From: Alistipes sp. UBA943
GTDB taxonomy: Bacteria; Bacteroidota; Bacteroidia; Bacteroidales; Rikenellaceae
Length of the DNA: 53,079 nt
Direction of reading: 5' to 3'
NCBI GenBank assembly: GCA_002293345.1
Contig: DBDB01000010.1
Coordinates: forward strand, 1 to 53,079
The notes beneath the pieces were generated by a model. It worked only from the letters and a program-made list of their open reading frames with translations, made no database searches and was not told the origin of the DNA. Positions 1 to 9,222 of the stretch are shown here, piece after piece. Both the position numbers and the translations under genes were made by a program. Every line of letters starts with the position of its first letter. The stretch's first letter is position 1.

Positions 1-21
1 GTACCCCGGAGCGGGGAGGAG
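1..21 (-). repeat. Variable cassette copy 0: 5' head only, cut by window start
   Basis: Reverse complement reads CTCCTCCCCGCTCCGGGGTAC (LLPAPGY), the same head as the other cassettes. An in-frame ATG at 30 lies in the terminator U-tract. Confidence 0.8.
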
Positions 22-33
22 AATAAACATGAA

Positions 34-68
34 ACAAGAGAGCCGATCCATAGGATCGGCTCTCTTGT
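34..68. terminator. Intrinsic terminator hairpin
   Basis: ACAAGAGAGCCGATCC-ATA-GGATCGGCTCTCTTGT perfect inverted repeat, downstream of the minus-strand lipoprotein genes. Confidence 0.8.
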
Positions 69-106
69 GATGGGGTGGCGAATTACCCCTCCCCCTGTTT
101 TGACAC

Positions 107-1108
107 TTACTCTTCTTCTACCCACTCGAACTCGTGAAACTCCACGAAGAGGAGGGGCATTTGTCCCGGTGCCGAATCGTCGATATAGACATAGATGATC
201 GACATTTTATCGTCATTCTGGAACATGTCGGCCATGGCGTTCATACCTGTCGTCAGGTTACTCATGGGTTTTGTTCCGAGGAACGGATAGGTGGCGTGCA
301 AGTGTGCTTTTACCTGGGCGGTGTAGAGCACATCCATCAGCGATGCCGCCTGATAGAGCATGTTACCGTTAAAGAATCGGTATGCGAAGTTATCTACAGA
401 TCCGCTGCCGGGATAGCCGTAATAACCCGAGCCGGCGGGACCTGAAACAAGTTTGGCGACATCATACCCGGCTTCCGTGAGTGCCTCCTTGAATGCACCT
501 ACGCTCAATCCCCATGCCTGGAGCGGCTCCTCGAATTCGAGTTCCAAGCCGACGGGCGAAATGATGGGTGTAAACGTGGCGATCAGATATTCTCCCCCGT
601 TACGAGGATCCCCACCGATACGCAAGTCGATCATCGAGTTGGTGGGCTCGTCGCGGAACAGTTCTCCGATTCCGTCCTCAGCCTTACCGATATAGGCACC
701 CACTACCTCTGCCTGTTTGAACATTTGATGCCAATAAATCTCGTGCATCACAGCGACGGATTTCATCAACTGATCCTCCTTCGAGAAGTAGTAATAGTAC
801 TGCAGGGTAGTACCTTTTCTGGATGTCGTCAGGTTGACGTCACCTTCGAATTGGGCCTCCTCCTCACCAGACGGAAGCGTTACCTGATCAATAAAGGCCG
901 TCACATTAGAGGCATAATTGGCCACAAAATCGGAATTCACACCCCACGCCTGAACGGGAGGGACGAATTTCATCAGCGTGTCTTTAGGAGGGGGAGGCAC
1001 ACAACCTTCTTCGCCCTCCTTACAACCTCCACCATCACACCTCACGAACGTGAGTGTCAGAATCGCGATACCGAACAGTGCGACAAGCGCGTATAATAAT
1101 TTTTTCAT
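107..1108 (-). CDS. Putative lipoprotein with two copies of a domain shared with the next two genes
   Basis: MKK-hydrophobic-C signal; internal repeats FVPPVQAWG and FEEPLQAWG. Confidence 0.75.
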   Translation of the reverse strand: MKKLLYALVALFGIAILTLTFVRCDGGGCKEGEEGCVPPPPKDTLMKFVPPVQAWGVNSDFVANYASNVTAFIDQVTLPSGEEEAQFEGDVNLTTSRKGTTLQYYYYFSKEDQLMKSVAVMHEIYWHQMFKQAEVVGAYIGKAEDGIGELFRDEPTNSMIDLRIGGDPRNGGEYLIATFTPIISPVGLELEFEEPLQAWGLSVGAFKEALTEAGYDVAKLVSGPAGSGYYGYPGSGSVDNFAYRFFNGNMLYQAASLMDVLYTAQVKAHLHATYPFLGTKPMSNLTTGMNAMADMFQNDDKMSIIYVYIDDSAPGQMPLLFVEFHEFEWVEEE

Positions 1109-1128
1109 ACGTATATAGTATTTAAAGA

Positions 1129-1605
1129 TTAGTTATTAGGTACGTATTCGATCATCGAGAGCTCGTCGAACGGTTGTTTCAAGTAAGCCATGGCCGTATC
1201 GCCACTCTTGTTGACGAAGATCAAGACCCCTCCGTCAGCAGTTTGCTCGTACGTGTGTGTAGCCCTCATGTAGGCTTCCATCTCGACATTTCGAGTCGTA
1301 TAGACCCACGCAACGACGCTGATCAATCGTTCGTTACCATCGAAAAGGTACCAATATTCGGCCGTTGCACCGTCACCTTCATACACGTCGATATATCCCT
1401 TTTCGGCACTTCCACCATCGGTTGTCTCGAGGAATTTGGTGGGAGCCACATCTTTGACGGACGCCCTTGGGAACTGCCATCCAATAAACGGTTCGGTGTA
1501 GGAGAAGGGGCCGTTATCTCCACCTTTTTCTTTGTCGCACCCCGTGCTGAACATTGCCGAGCCAAGCACCGCAATGGCAGCTATGGCGAGTAAATATTTT
1601 TTCAT
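1129..1605 (-). CDS. Putative lipoprotein, paralogue of its neighbours
   Basis: Lipobox STGC; FSYTEPFIGW and YEGDG..EYWYLFD motifs. Confidence 0.8.
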   Translation of the reverse strand: MKKYLLAIAAIAVLGSAMFSTGCDKEKGGDNGPFSYTEPFIGWQFPRASVKDVAPTKFLETTDGGSAEKGYIDVYEGDGATAEYWYLFDGNERLISVVAWVYTTRNVEMEAYMRATHTYEQTADGGVLIFVNKSGDTAMAYLKQPFDELSMIEYVPNN

Positions 1606-1623
1606 AATCGTGATTTTCTTAGG

Positions 1624-2118
1624 TTATTGTTGACCTGCGTATACGGTATCCATGTACATGGCGATCACGACAGGATTTTCGGGATCCGATTGGTCGATAT
1701 AGAGGTTAACGGAAGTCAACCTGTCTGTCGATACATAGAGTTTACCGCCGCTATCGGTATCCTGGGAGAAGTTGAATTTCTGACTCAGGTGGGTAGCCAT
1801 ATCCACTGCTGTACCATTAGGCAGTACGGCAAGGACCATGTAGAGTTTCCCTTGGGCATCGAAAACATAGCCATATTCAATGGCATCGCCGTATCCTTCA
1901 TAAAAATCGGCAACTCGATTTTCCCCATAATCGACAGCTTCGACAAACGGCGTGGGAGCGATGTCTCTGAGTTGTGCACGCGTGAGTGTCCAGTCGATGA
2001 TCGGATCCACATACTCGAACTTTCCATCATCCTTTCCAGGATCGTTTGTTTTCGGATCACACCCGGTGATGGAGAACATAACCAGGATCGCCGACGCGAT
2101 CAATAATAGTTTTTTCAT
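1624..2118 (-). CDS. Putative lipoprotein, paralogue of its neighbours
   Basis: Lipobox ITGC; FEYVDPIIDW and YEGYG..EYGYVFD motifs. Confidence 0.8.
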   Translation of the reverse strand: MKKLLLIASAILVMFSITGCDPKTNDPGKDDGKFEYVDPIIDWTLTRAQLRDIAPTPFVEAVDYGENRVADFYEGYGDAIEYGYVFDAQGKLYMVLAVLPNGTAVDMATHLSQKFNFSQDTDSGGKLYVSTDRLTSVNLYIDQSDPENPVVIAMYMDTVYAGQQ

Positions 2119-2255
2119 CTTTGAGTTATTTTAATTTTACGTTATTTCTGGTGTCAATTAGAGCAAAGGAAAACAAAAATTTCGGGTTTTGCAATAGCGG
2201 TACAAAAAAAGAACCGCTCAATGTATGAACGGTTCCCTTTGCGATAAGATTGTGT

Positions 2256-2597
2256 TCAGAGTTTTCTGAGCAATCCCGAGAGTACGGAGTAGAGGATGTT
2301 GGAGGTTTTCTCCGTCACCCACGTATGCACATTTCGGATGATCTGTGCGGCATGGTTGATGTTTTCGACATACTCCCCGATGCGTTGGATCGTGGGTCTC
2401 ATCCCGACGAGATAGACCACCAGGGCGAGGATGAGGAAGAATCCTCCGACGATGACCGCCCCGAGGGCTGCACAGCCCAACAGTTGTCCGATCCAGATCG
2501 TGAGTGCCGTGGTGAGCAACGCGAGTGCGACCAACAGGAACAGCGCGAACACGAAGAAGGGCGCGATCCTGATTTTAGTATGGTTGTTGTTGTTCAC
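2256..2597 (-). CDS. Small membrane protein (two TM helices; phage-holin-like family possible)
   Basis: Two hydrophobic segments; co-oriented directly after the YtxH gene. Confidence 0.65.
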   Translation of the reverse strand: MNNNNHTKIRIAPFFVFALFLLVALALLTTALTIWIGQLLGCAALGAVIVGGFFLILALVVYLVGMRPTIQRIGEYVENINHAAQIIRNVHTWVTEKTSNILYSVLSGLLRKL

Positions 2598-2603
2598 GTC
2601 CGG

Positions 2604-2849
2604 TTACTGTTTTTCGGCCATCTCCTCCAACTTGTCGACGATCTGGTTGCGCAGGCGCGTTTTGACATTTTTGGCTTTGGCCTTCATGTTGTTGACTTTT
2701 TTGCGTGCCGCCACTTTGGTATCGTCGACGAAGTCCATAATATCCTCCCTCAACTCGGGACCCGACTTGGGCGTTGTGAGAGCGACGATAACGGCCCCTG
2801 TGATCAATCCACCGAGGAAAGCGAGCATACCTGTTTGACAGTTTTTCAT
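2604..2849 (-). CDS. YtxH-domain protein
   Basis: FLGGLITGAVIVALTTPKSGPELRE is the YtxH pattern. Confidence 0.8.
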   Translation of the reverse strand: MKNCQTGMLAFLGGLITGAVIVALTTPKSGPELREDIMDFVDDTKVAARKKVNNMKAKAKNVKTRLRNQIVDKLEEMAEKQ

Positions 2850-2934
2850 AGCTATTAAGATTTAAATGGTTTGTACGCAAATTGTTTCATGGGTAAATAT
2901 ACAAATTTCAAACCAAAAACACTAATTTTGCGGA

Positions 2935-3414
2935 ATGAAAAATCACCTTCCCTGCCGGATTGCCTTTACGGGTCACCAGACTTATGACGGAGCGGTAGCC
3001 ATGGGTCTTCGCGACACCGTGCGGCGCTTGTGGCACGAGGGCGGCCGTACGTTTTTGAGCGGTATGGCACGCGGATTCGACTTGGCTGCTGCTGAGGCGG
3101 TGTTGGAGCTACGGGGTGAATGTGCAGGTTCCCGATTGGTGGCTGTGGTGCCGTATGAGGGTCAGGCGGAGGAGTATTCGCAGGAGGATCGTGCGCGTTA
3201 CGACCGGGTGTTGAAGGCGGCGGACGAGGTGGTGGTATTGGAACGTGAATACTCGAAGGGCGTGTTTTTCCGCCGTAACGACTATTTGGTAGACAATGCC
3301 GACCGGGTGGTGGCGTGGTGCGTGCGTCCGAAGAGCGGCACGGGTTACACGATCAAGCGGGCCCGCAGCCAACGCAAAGAGGTAATAAATCTGATGTTTC
3401 CGTCGTTATTTTGA
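2935..3414 (+). CDS. SLOG family (DUF1273/YspA-like) protein
   Basis: AFTGH, SGMARGFD, RRNDYLVDNAD and SGTGYT motifs. Confidence 0.85.
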   Translation: MKNHLPCRIAFTGHQTYDGAVAMGLRDTVRRLWHEGGRTFLSGMARGFDLAAAEAVLELRGECAGSRLVAVVPYEGQAEEYSQEDRARYDRVLKAADEVVVLEREYSKGVFFRRNDYLVDNADRVVAWCVRPKSGTGYTIKRARSQRKEVINLMFPSLF

Positions 3415-3415
3415 G

Positions 3416-5962
3416 ATGCAAAATGATGTGTTACATATCGAGGGGGCCCGCGTCCACAACCTGAAGGATGTTTATCTGGACATTCCGCGACGTGCGTTGG
3501 TCGTGATCACGGGTCTGAGCGGCAGCGGCAAATCGTCACTGGCGTTCGACACGCTCTATGCCGAAGGGCAACGACGCTATATGGAGACGCTGTCTTCGTA
3601 CGCGCGTCAGTTTGTGGGCACGATGGAGCGTCCCGATGTGGATCGTATCACGGGTCTGAGTCCTGTGGTGGCGATCGAGCAGAAGACGACGAACAAGAAT
3701 CCCCGCTCGACGGTCGGCACGGTAACAGAGATCAACGACTTCCTGAGATTGCTGTACGCACGGGCGTCGCGTGCCTATTCGCCGCACACGGGTGAGGAGA
3801 TGGTGCACTATACGGACGACCAGATCGTGGATTTGATCTTGCGGGAGTTCGCCGGGAAGAAGATGGCGCTGTTGGCTCCGTTGGTGAGGGGTCGTAAGGG
3901 ACATTATAGGGAGCTGTTCGAGACGTTGGCCAAGCGTGGCTACGTGAACGTGCGTGTCGACGGCGAGATCCGTGAGTTGATGCCGGGCCTGAAGTTGGAT
4001 CGGTATAAGGTCCACGACATCGAGTTGGTGGTGGACAGGATCGTGCCCAAGCCGGTGGATCGGGAGCGGTTATTGACCTCTCTTCGCGAGGCGATGCGTC
4101 AGGGTAAGGGCAATGTGATGGTCTACACGTATGACGACGACGGGATGAGGTACTATTCGCGCCACCTGATGTGTCCCACGACCGGCATGGCGTTCGAGGA
4201 TCCGGCGCCACATACGTTTTCGTTCAACTCGCCGAAGGGCGCATGTCCGCACTGCAACGGTTTGGGTGTGGAGCCGCGCGAGGAGGTGGATGACTATTTG
4301 GAGATGGGTGCCCCGGAGGGATGGGTGGCGGAGAAACTCTCGGCGGAGCCCTGCACAGTGTGCGGCGGATCGCGGTTGAAGGCAGAAGCGTTGCAATTCA
4401 AGATCGGGGGATTGAACATAGCGGAGGTGTCGGCACTGTCGATCGAGAAGTTTTCGCACTGGATTTGTGGTGTGGAGGAGTACCTCAATGAACGCGAGCG
4501 TGCCATCGCCCGTGAAATCATCAAGGAGATCGGCGAGCGGTTGAAGTTCCTGGTCGATGTGGGGTTGGGATACTTGTCGTTGGACCGGGCGTCACGGACA
4601 CTGTCGGGCGGCGAGAGCCAACGGATACGCCTTGCGACGCAGATCGGTTCCAAGTTGATGAATGTGCTCTATATATTGGATGAACCGAGTATCGGACTGC
4701 ACCAGCGGGATAACGAGCGGTTGATCCGCAGTTTGAGCGAACTGAGGGATGCGGGTAACTCGGTGATCGTGGTGGAACATGACGAGGAGATGATGCGTGC
4801 GGCGGACTGGATCGTGGACGTGGGGCCGTTGGCCGGACGTCGCGGGGGACGGATCGTGGCGAGCGGCACATTCGAGGATATTTTGAAGGCCGATTCCGTG
4901 ACGGCGGACTATCTGACGGGACGCCGGAAGATAGAAGTGCCGACGGAGTTACGTCCCGGTACGGGTGAGTTCCTGACGGTACGCGGCGCACGGGGTCACA
5001 ACTTGAAAAATGTGGATGTGCGTTTCCCATTGGGCAAGTTGGTGGTGGTGACGGGCGTCAGCGGCAGCGGCAAGTCGTCGCTCGTCAACCAGACGCTGAG
5101 ACCGGTGTTGTCGCACAAACTGTACCGATCGACGGACTTGCCGCTGCCGCACGACGGAGTGGATGGGCTGGAACATGTGGATAAACTGGTGGTGGTGGAT
5201 CAGAGTCCCATCGGGCGGAGTCCGCGCAGCAATCCGGCGACCTATTCGGGTGTGATGACGGACATACGGAAGCTGTTCGAGCAGACGCCGGACGCACAGA
5301 TACGGGGTTTCAAGGCGGGACGCTTCTCGTTCAACGTGAAGGGCGGTCGATGCGAGGCGTGCAGCGGGGCAGGGGTGCAGACGATCGAGATGAATTTCCT
5401 GCCGGATGTGTATGTGACGTGCAAGGTGTGCGGCGGCCACCGATACAACCGTGAGACGTTGGAGGTACGTTACAAGGGTAAGAATATCGACGAGGTGCTC
5501 AACATGACGGTCAACATGGCGGCCGAGTTTTTCGAGCATGTGCCGTCGATCTATCAGAAATTGAGGGCGATCCAGGAGGTCGGCCTGGGGTACCTGACAT
5601 TGGGACAGCCCTGCACTACGCTATCGGGTGGCGAGAGCCAACGGATCAAGCTGGCGAGCGAATTGTCGAAACGCGACACGGGTCACACCTTATATATACT
5701 GGACGAACCGACGACGGGTCTGCATTTCGAGGACATACGTCAGTTGTTGGGGGTGTTGTCGAAGTTGGTGGATCGCGGCAATACGGTGATCGTGATCGAG
5801 CACAATCTGGATGTGATCAAGACGGCGGACTGGGTGATCGACGTGGGCCCGGAGGGTGGTGACGGCGGAGGCAAGATCGTGGCGGAAGGTACACCCCAAC
5901 AGGTGGCGAAGGTGAAAAAGAGCTATACCGGAAATTTTCTGAAAAAAGTATTACATTTGTGA
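3416..5962 (+). CDS. uvrA: Excinuclease ABC subunit A (short, 848 aa)
   Basis: GARVHNLK; two Walker A motifs (GLSGSGKS, GVSGSGKS); two LSGGESQR signatures; zinc-binding Cys pairs. Confidence 0.97.
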   Translation: MQNDVLHIEGARVHNLKDVYLDIPRRALVVITGLSGSGKSSLAFDTLYAEGQRRYMETLSSYARQFVGTMERPDVDRITGLSPVVAIEQKTTNKNPRSTVGTVTEINDFLRLLYARASRAYSPHTGEEMVHYTDDQIVDLILREFAGKKMALLAPLVRGRKGHYRELFETLAKRGYVNVRVDGEIRELMPGLKLDRYKVHDIELVVDRIVPKPVDRERLLTSLREAMRQGKGNVMVYTYDDDGMRYYSRHLMCPTTGMAFEDPAPHTFSFNSPKGACPHCNGLGVEPREEVDDYLEMGAPEGWVAEKLSAEPCTVCGGSRLKAEALQFKIGGLNIAEVSALSIEKFSHWICGVEEYLNERERAIAREIIKEIGERLKFLVDVGLGYLSLDRASRTLSGGESQRIRLATQIGSKLMNVLYILDEPSIGLHQRDNERLIRSLSELRDAGNSVIVVEHDEEMMRAADWIVDVGPLAGRRGGRIVASGTFEDILKADSVTADYLTGRRKIEVPTELRPGTGEFLTVRGARGHNLKNVDVRFPLGKLVVVTGVSGSGKSSLVNQTLRPVLSHKLYRSTDLPLPHDGVDGLEHVDKLVVVDQSPIGRSPRSNPATYSGVMTDIRKLFEQTPDAQIRGFKAGRFSFNVKGGRCEACSGAGVQTIEMNFLPDVYVTCKVCGGHRYNRETLEVRYKGKNIDEVLNMTVNMAAEFFEHVPSIYQKLRAIQEVGLGYLTLGQPCTTLSGGESQRIKLASELSKRDTGHTLYILDEPTTGLHFEDIRQLLGVLSKLVDRGNTVIVIEHNLDVIKTADWVIDVGPEGGDGGGKIVAEGTPQQVAKVKKSYTGNFLKKVLHL

Positions 5963-5966
5963 TCTC

Positions 5967-8597
5967 ATGTCGGATTACGCCCCAAAGAAATCAGATACGC
6001 CCTTGATGCGTCAATATAAGGCCAAGAAGGCCGAGCATCCCGATTCGATTTTGTTGTTTCGGATGGGTGATTTTTACGAGACTTTCGGTGAGGATGCGGT
6101 CAAGACGAGTGCCATTTTGGGCATCACGCTGACCAAACGTGGCAACGGATCTGCGTCGGAGGTGGCTTTAGCGGGATTTCCACACCATGCGCTGGACACG
6201 TATCTGCCTAAGTTGGTACGTGCCGGTGAGCGTGTTGCGGTGTGTGACCAGTTGGAAGATCCGAAAACCGCCAAGGGCCTGGTGGAGCGTGGCGTGATCG
6301 AGATCTTGACGCCTGGCGTGGCACCTACCGACACGGTGGAAAACAGTTTTTTGGCGTCGGTCTATTTCGGCAAGGAGTCGACGGGTGTGGCGTTTCTTGA
6401 TCTCTCGACGGGTGAGTTCTATGTCGCGGAGGGCACGGACGGGTATGTGGATAAGCTGCTGTCCAATTTTCGTCCGAAGGAGGTCTTGTATCCGCGCGGG
6501 ATGGAGGATCGTTTCGCAGACGCGTTCGGTGCCGCGGGACACTACGTGTATCGTTTGGACGAGTGGGTCTTCTCGGAACGGATCAATCGCGAAAAACTGT
6601 GCAAACAGTTCGGTACGCCATCGCTGAAGGGTTTCGGTGTGGAGGAGTTCACGGTGGGCATCTCCGCCGCGGGAACTATCTTATACTATCTGGATTTCAC
6701 GCATCACAAGGATCTCGATCATATCCGTTCGCTGTCGCGTGTCGATCAGTCGGAGTACGTGTGGTTGGATCGCTTCACGGTGCGTAATCTGGAACTGTTC
6801 GGTTCGTCGAGCGGACGTGAGGGGTCGTCGTTGGCCGAGGTACTGGATCAGACCTCCACGCCGATGGGGTCGCGGTTGTTGCGGCGTTGGATCGCCTTCC
6901 CGATACGCAACAAGGAGCAGTTGGAGGAGCGTCTGGATGTTGTGGAGAGTTTTGTGGGCGACGAGATGTTGTCGGATGAGGTCGCGGCCCGCCTGTCGCA
7001 GATCTGCGACATGGAGCGATGCGCTTCGCGCCTCGCGGCGCAACGCATTTCGCCGCGCGAAATCGTTGCGCTGGGCCGCTCGCTGGAGGAGCTCTCGGGA
7101 TTGAAGAGCGTGTTGGCGGCGAGCGATTGCGAGCCGTTGTGCGACATGGCGGAACAGATCGAGGTGCTGCGGAAGGTACGCGAACGTATCGAACATGACC
7201 TGTGGCCCGACCCGGAGAGCAATCAGATTCAGAAGGGGGGGGTGATCGCGGCGAACGTGGATGCGGAGTTGGACGATCTGCGTGACACGGCCAAACGCGG
7301 CAAGGAGGTTTTGGAGGACATCCGTGCCCGGGAGACGGATCGCACGGGGATCCCGTTGAAAATATCGTTCAATAACGTTTTCGGGTACTACATCGAGGTA
7401 CGTAATACACACAAGGATAAGGTGCCCGCGGAGTGGGTGCGCAAACAGACGCTGACGGGTGCCGAGCGATATATCACACCCGAGTTGAAGGAGTACGAGG
7501 AGAAGATCCTCACGGCCGAGGAGCGAATTATCGAGATCGAGGTACGTGTCTGGACGGAGCTGTTGGAATTCCTTTCGGAGTCGCTGGCCGCGTTGCAGAG
7601 GAATGCCGCGTTGGTCGGCCGCGTGGATTGCCTACTATCGTTCGCCACTCAGGCACGCAAGTGGAACTACTGCCGTCCCGAGTTGGTCGACCCGTTGGGG
7701 AAGGATGAAGCTGCTCAACCCGGAGACGACGGCGGTTGTAGCGTGGCGATTATTCAGGGACGCCACCCGGTGATCGAAACGCTGTTGGGCGTGGGCGAAC
7801 ACTACATTCCGAATGACGTGACGTTGGACGCCATGCAGCAGATCCTCATGATTACCGGCCCCAACATGTCTGGTAAATCGGCACTGCTACGCCAGACGGC
7901 CCTGATCGTGCTGATGGCTCAGATGGGGTCATTCGTACCGGCAAAGGCGGCACGCGTGGGGCTGGTGGATAAAATCTTCACGCGTGTCGGTGCGAGCGAC
8001 AATTTGTCGCAGGGCGAGAGTACATTTATGGTCGAGATGCTGGAGACGGCGACGATTCTGCATAACGCCACGCCTCGGAGTCTGGTATTATTGGACGAGA
8101 TCGGTCGCGGCACGAGCACTTATGACGGTATGTCGATCGCGTGGGCGATCGTGGAGTATCTGCACGACATGCCTGCCTCGCGGGCACGGACACTCTTCGC
8201 GACGCACTATCACGAGCTGAACGAGATGGAGTTGCATTACGAACACGTGAAGAATTTCCACGTGACGGTGCAGGAGGTCGACGGTACGGTGGTGTTCATG
8301 CGTCGCCTTGAGCCGGGTGGCACGGAACACTCGTTCGGTATCCACGTGGCGAATATGGCGGGGTTGCCGACCTCGGTGATCCGTCGCGCGGAGAAGATCC
8401 TGGAAGGCCTCGAAGCCTCTTCGGCCGACGTTCTGCCGACACACAGTGGCGGCGGCACGCAGATGCAGCTGTTTGAGTTGGCGGATCCGGTATTGGCGGG
8501 GATACGCGACCAGTTGAAGGGTCTGAATCTGAACGAGTTAACCCCTATCGAGGCGCTCAACAAATTGAACGAGATCAAACGCCTCGCCGATTCCTGA
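5967..8597 (+). CDS. mutS: DNA mismatch repair protein MutS
   Basis: TPLMRQY, GDFYETF, TGPNMSGKS, DEIGRGTS, FATHYHEL. Confidence 0.97.
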   Translation: MSDYAPKKSDTPLMRQYKAKKAEHPDSILLFRMGDFYETFGEDAVKTSAILGITLTKRGNGSASEVALAGFPHHALDTYLPKLVRAGERVAVCDQLEDPKTAKGLVERGVIEILTPGVAPTDTVENSFLASVYFGKESTGVAFLDLSTGEFYVAEGTDGYVDKLLSNFRPKEVLYPRGMEDRFADAFGAAGHYVYRLDEWVFSERINREKLCKQFGTPSLKGFGVEEFTVGISAAGTILYYLDFTHHKDLDHIRSLSRVDQSEYVWLDRFTVRNLELFGSSSGREGSSLAEVLDQTSTPMGSRLLRRWIAFPIRNKEQLEERLDVVESFVGDEMLSDEVAARLSQICDMERCASRLAAQRISPREIVALGRSLEELSGLKSVLAASDCEPLCDMAEQIEVLRKVRERIEHDLWPDPESNQIQKGGVIAANVDAELDDLRDTAKRGKEVLEDIRARETDRTGIPLKISFNNVFGYYIEVRNTHKDKVPAEWVRKQTLTGAERYITPELKEYEEKILTAEERIIEIEVRVWTELLEFLSESLAALQRNAALVGRVDCLLSFATQARKWNYCRPELVDPLGKDEAAQPGDDGGCSVAIIQGRHPVIETLLGVGEHYIPNDVTLDAMQQILMITGPNMSGKSALLRQTALIVLMAQMGSFVPAKAARVGLVDKIFTRVGASDNLSQGESTFMVEMLETATILHNATPRSLVLLDEIGRGTSTYDGMSIAWAIVEYLHDMPASRARTLFATHYHELNEMELHYEHVKNFHVTVQEVDGTVVFMRRLEPGGTEHSFGIHVANMAGLPTSVIRRAEKILEGLEASSADVLPTHSGGGTQMQLFELADPVLAGIRDQLKGLNLNELTPIEALNKLNEIKRLADS

Positions 8598-8622
8598 TTT
8601 TTCCTAAAACCTTTCCTTTTTC

Positions 8623-8651
8623 AGACCGCCGCTTTTTGGTGAAAAGCGGCA
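8623..8651. repeat. 29-bp hairpin repeat, probable bidirectional terminator (second copy 25429-25457)
   Basis: AGACCGCCGCTTTTTGGTGAAAAGCGGCA between convergent genes; exact reverse complement at 25429-25457. Confidence 0.7.
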
Positions 8652-8657
8652 GAGAGA

Positions 8658-9212
8658 TTACTTTGCAAACACCGCTCCGAGCCAGAGTCCGGGCATGTTT
8701 TCGAGGAGCGTGGCGATGGTGGTGAACTGTTCGTCTTTGGCGAGTTCGGGTGAGATTGTTTTCGCGGTTTGAGCGGCACGGCTGGCATCGAACATGATCA
8801 CGAAACCTGTATTGGAGGGATTCCCGGATGGGTTTTGGGCGGAAGTAATTTCACCGCGAATGGTGTATTTTTTCTTTTTATCGGCCCATGTGAAGTCGAT
8901 GTTTTTGCCGTCGGGAGCGATGGTGTAGGTACCGTCGATTCCTTTGTTACCCTCCTTGTCGACGACCCAGCTGGTGAACCGATTTTTGGATTTAAACTGG
9001 ATATAGGCACGGTTTTTATCGAGACCGTTTTGGAGGTAGAGGATGTTTATTTGTTCCTTGAAGCCGGTCACCGCCATCGCGAGAAGCATATCCGCCCCAC
9101 GGTACTCGACTTTAGGCTCTTTGAAGGCATAGGTGCCGGAGAGAGAGAGGTTTGTCGCAGAAACTGAAAAAGACAGGGCGATGAGGGCGATTGTTAGAAG
9201 ATTTTTTTTCAT
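8658..9212 (-). CDS. Secreted hypothetical protein (DUF4923/lipocalin-like possible)
   Basis: Signal peptide; LSGTYAFKEP start; beta-rich. Confidence 0.65.
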   Translation of the reverse strand: MKKNLLTIALIALSFSVSATNLSLSGTYAFKEPKVEYRGADMLLAMAVTGFKEQINILYLQNGLDKNRAYIQFKSKNRFTSWVVDKEGNKGIDGTYTIAPDGKNIDFTWADKKKKYTIRGEITSAQNPSGNPSNTGFVIMFDASRAAQTAKTISPELAKDEQFTTIATLLENMPGLWLGAVFAK

Positions 9213-9222
9213 TGTAGGATCA

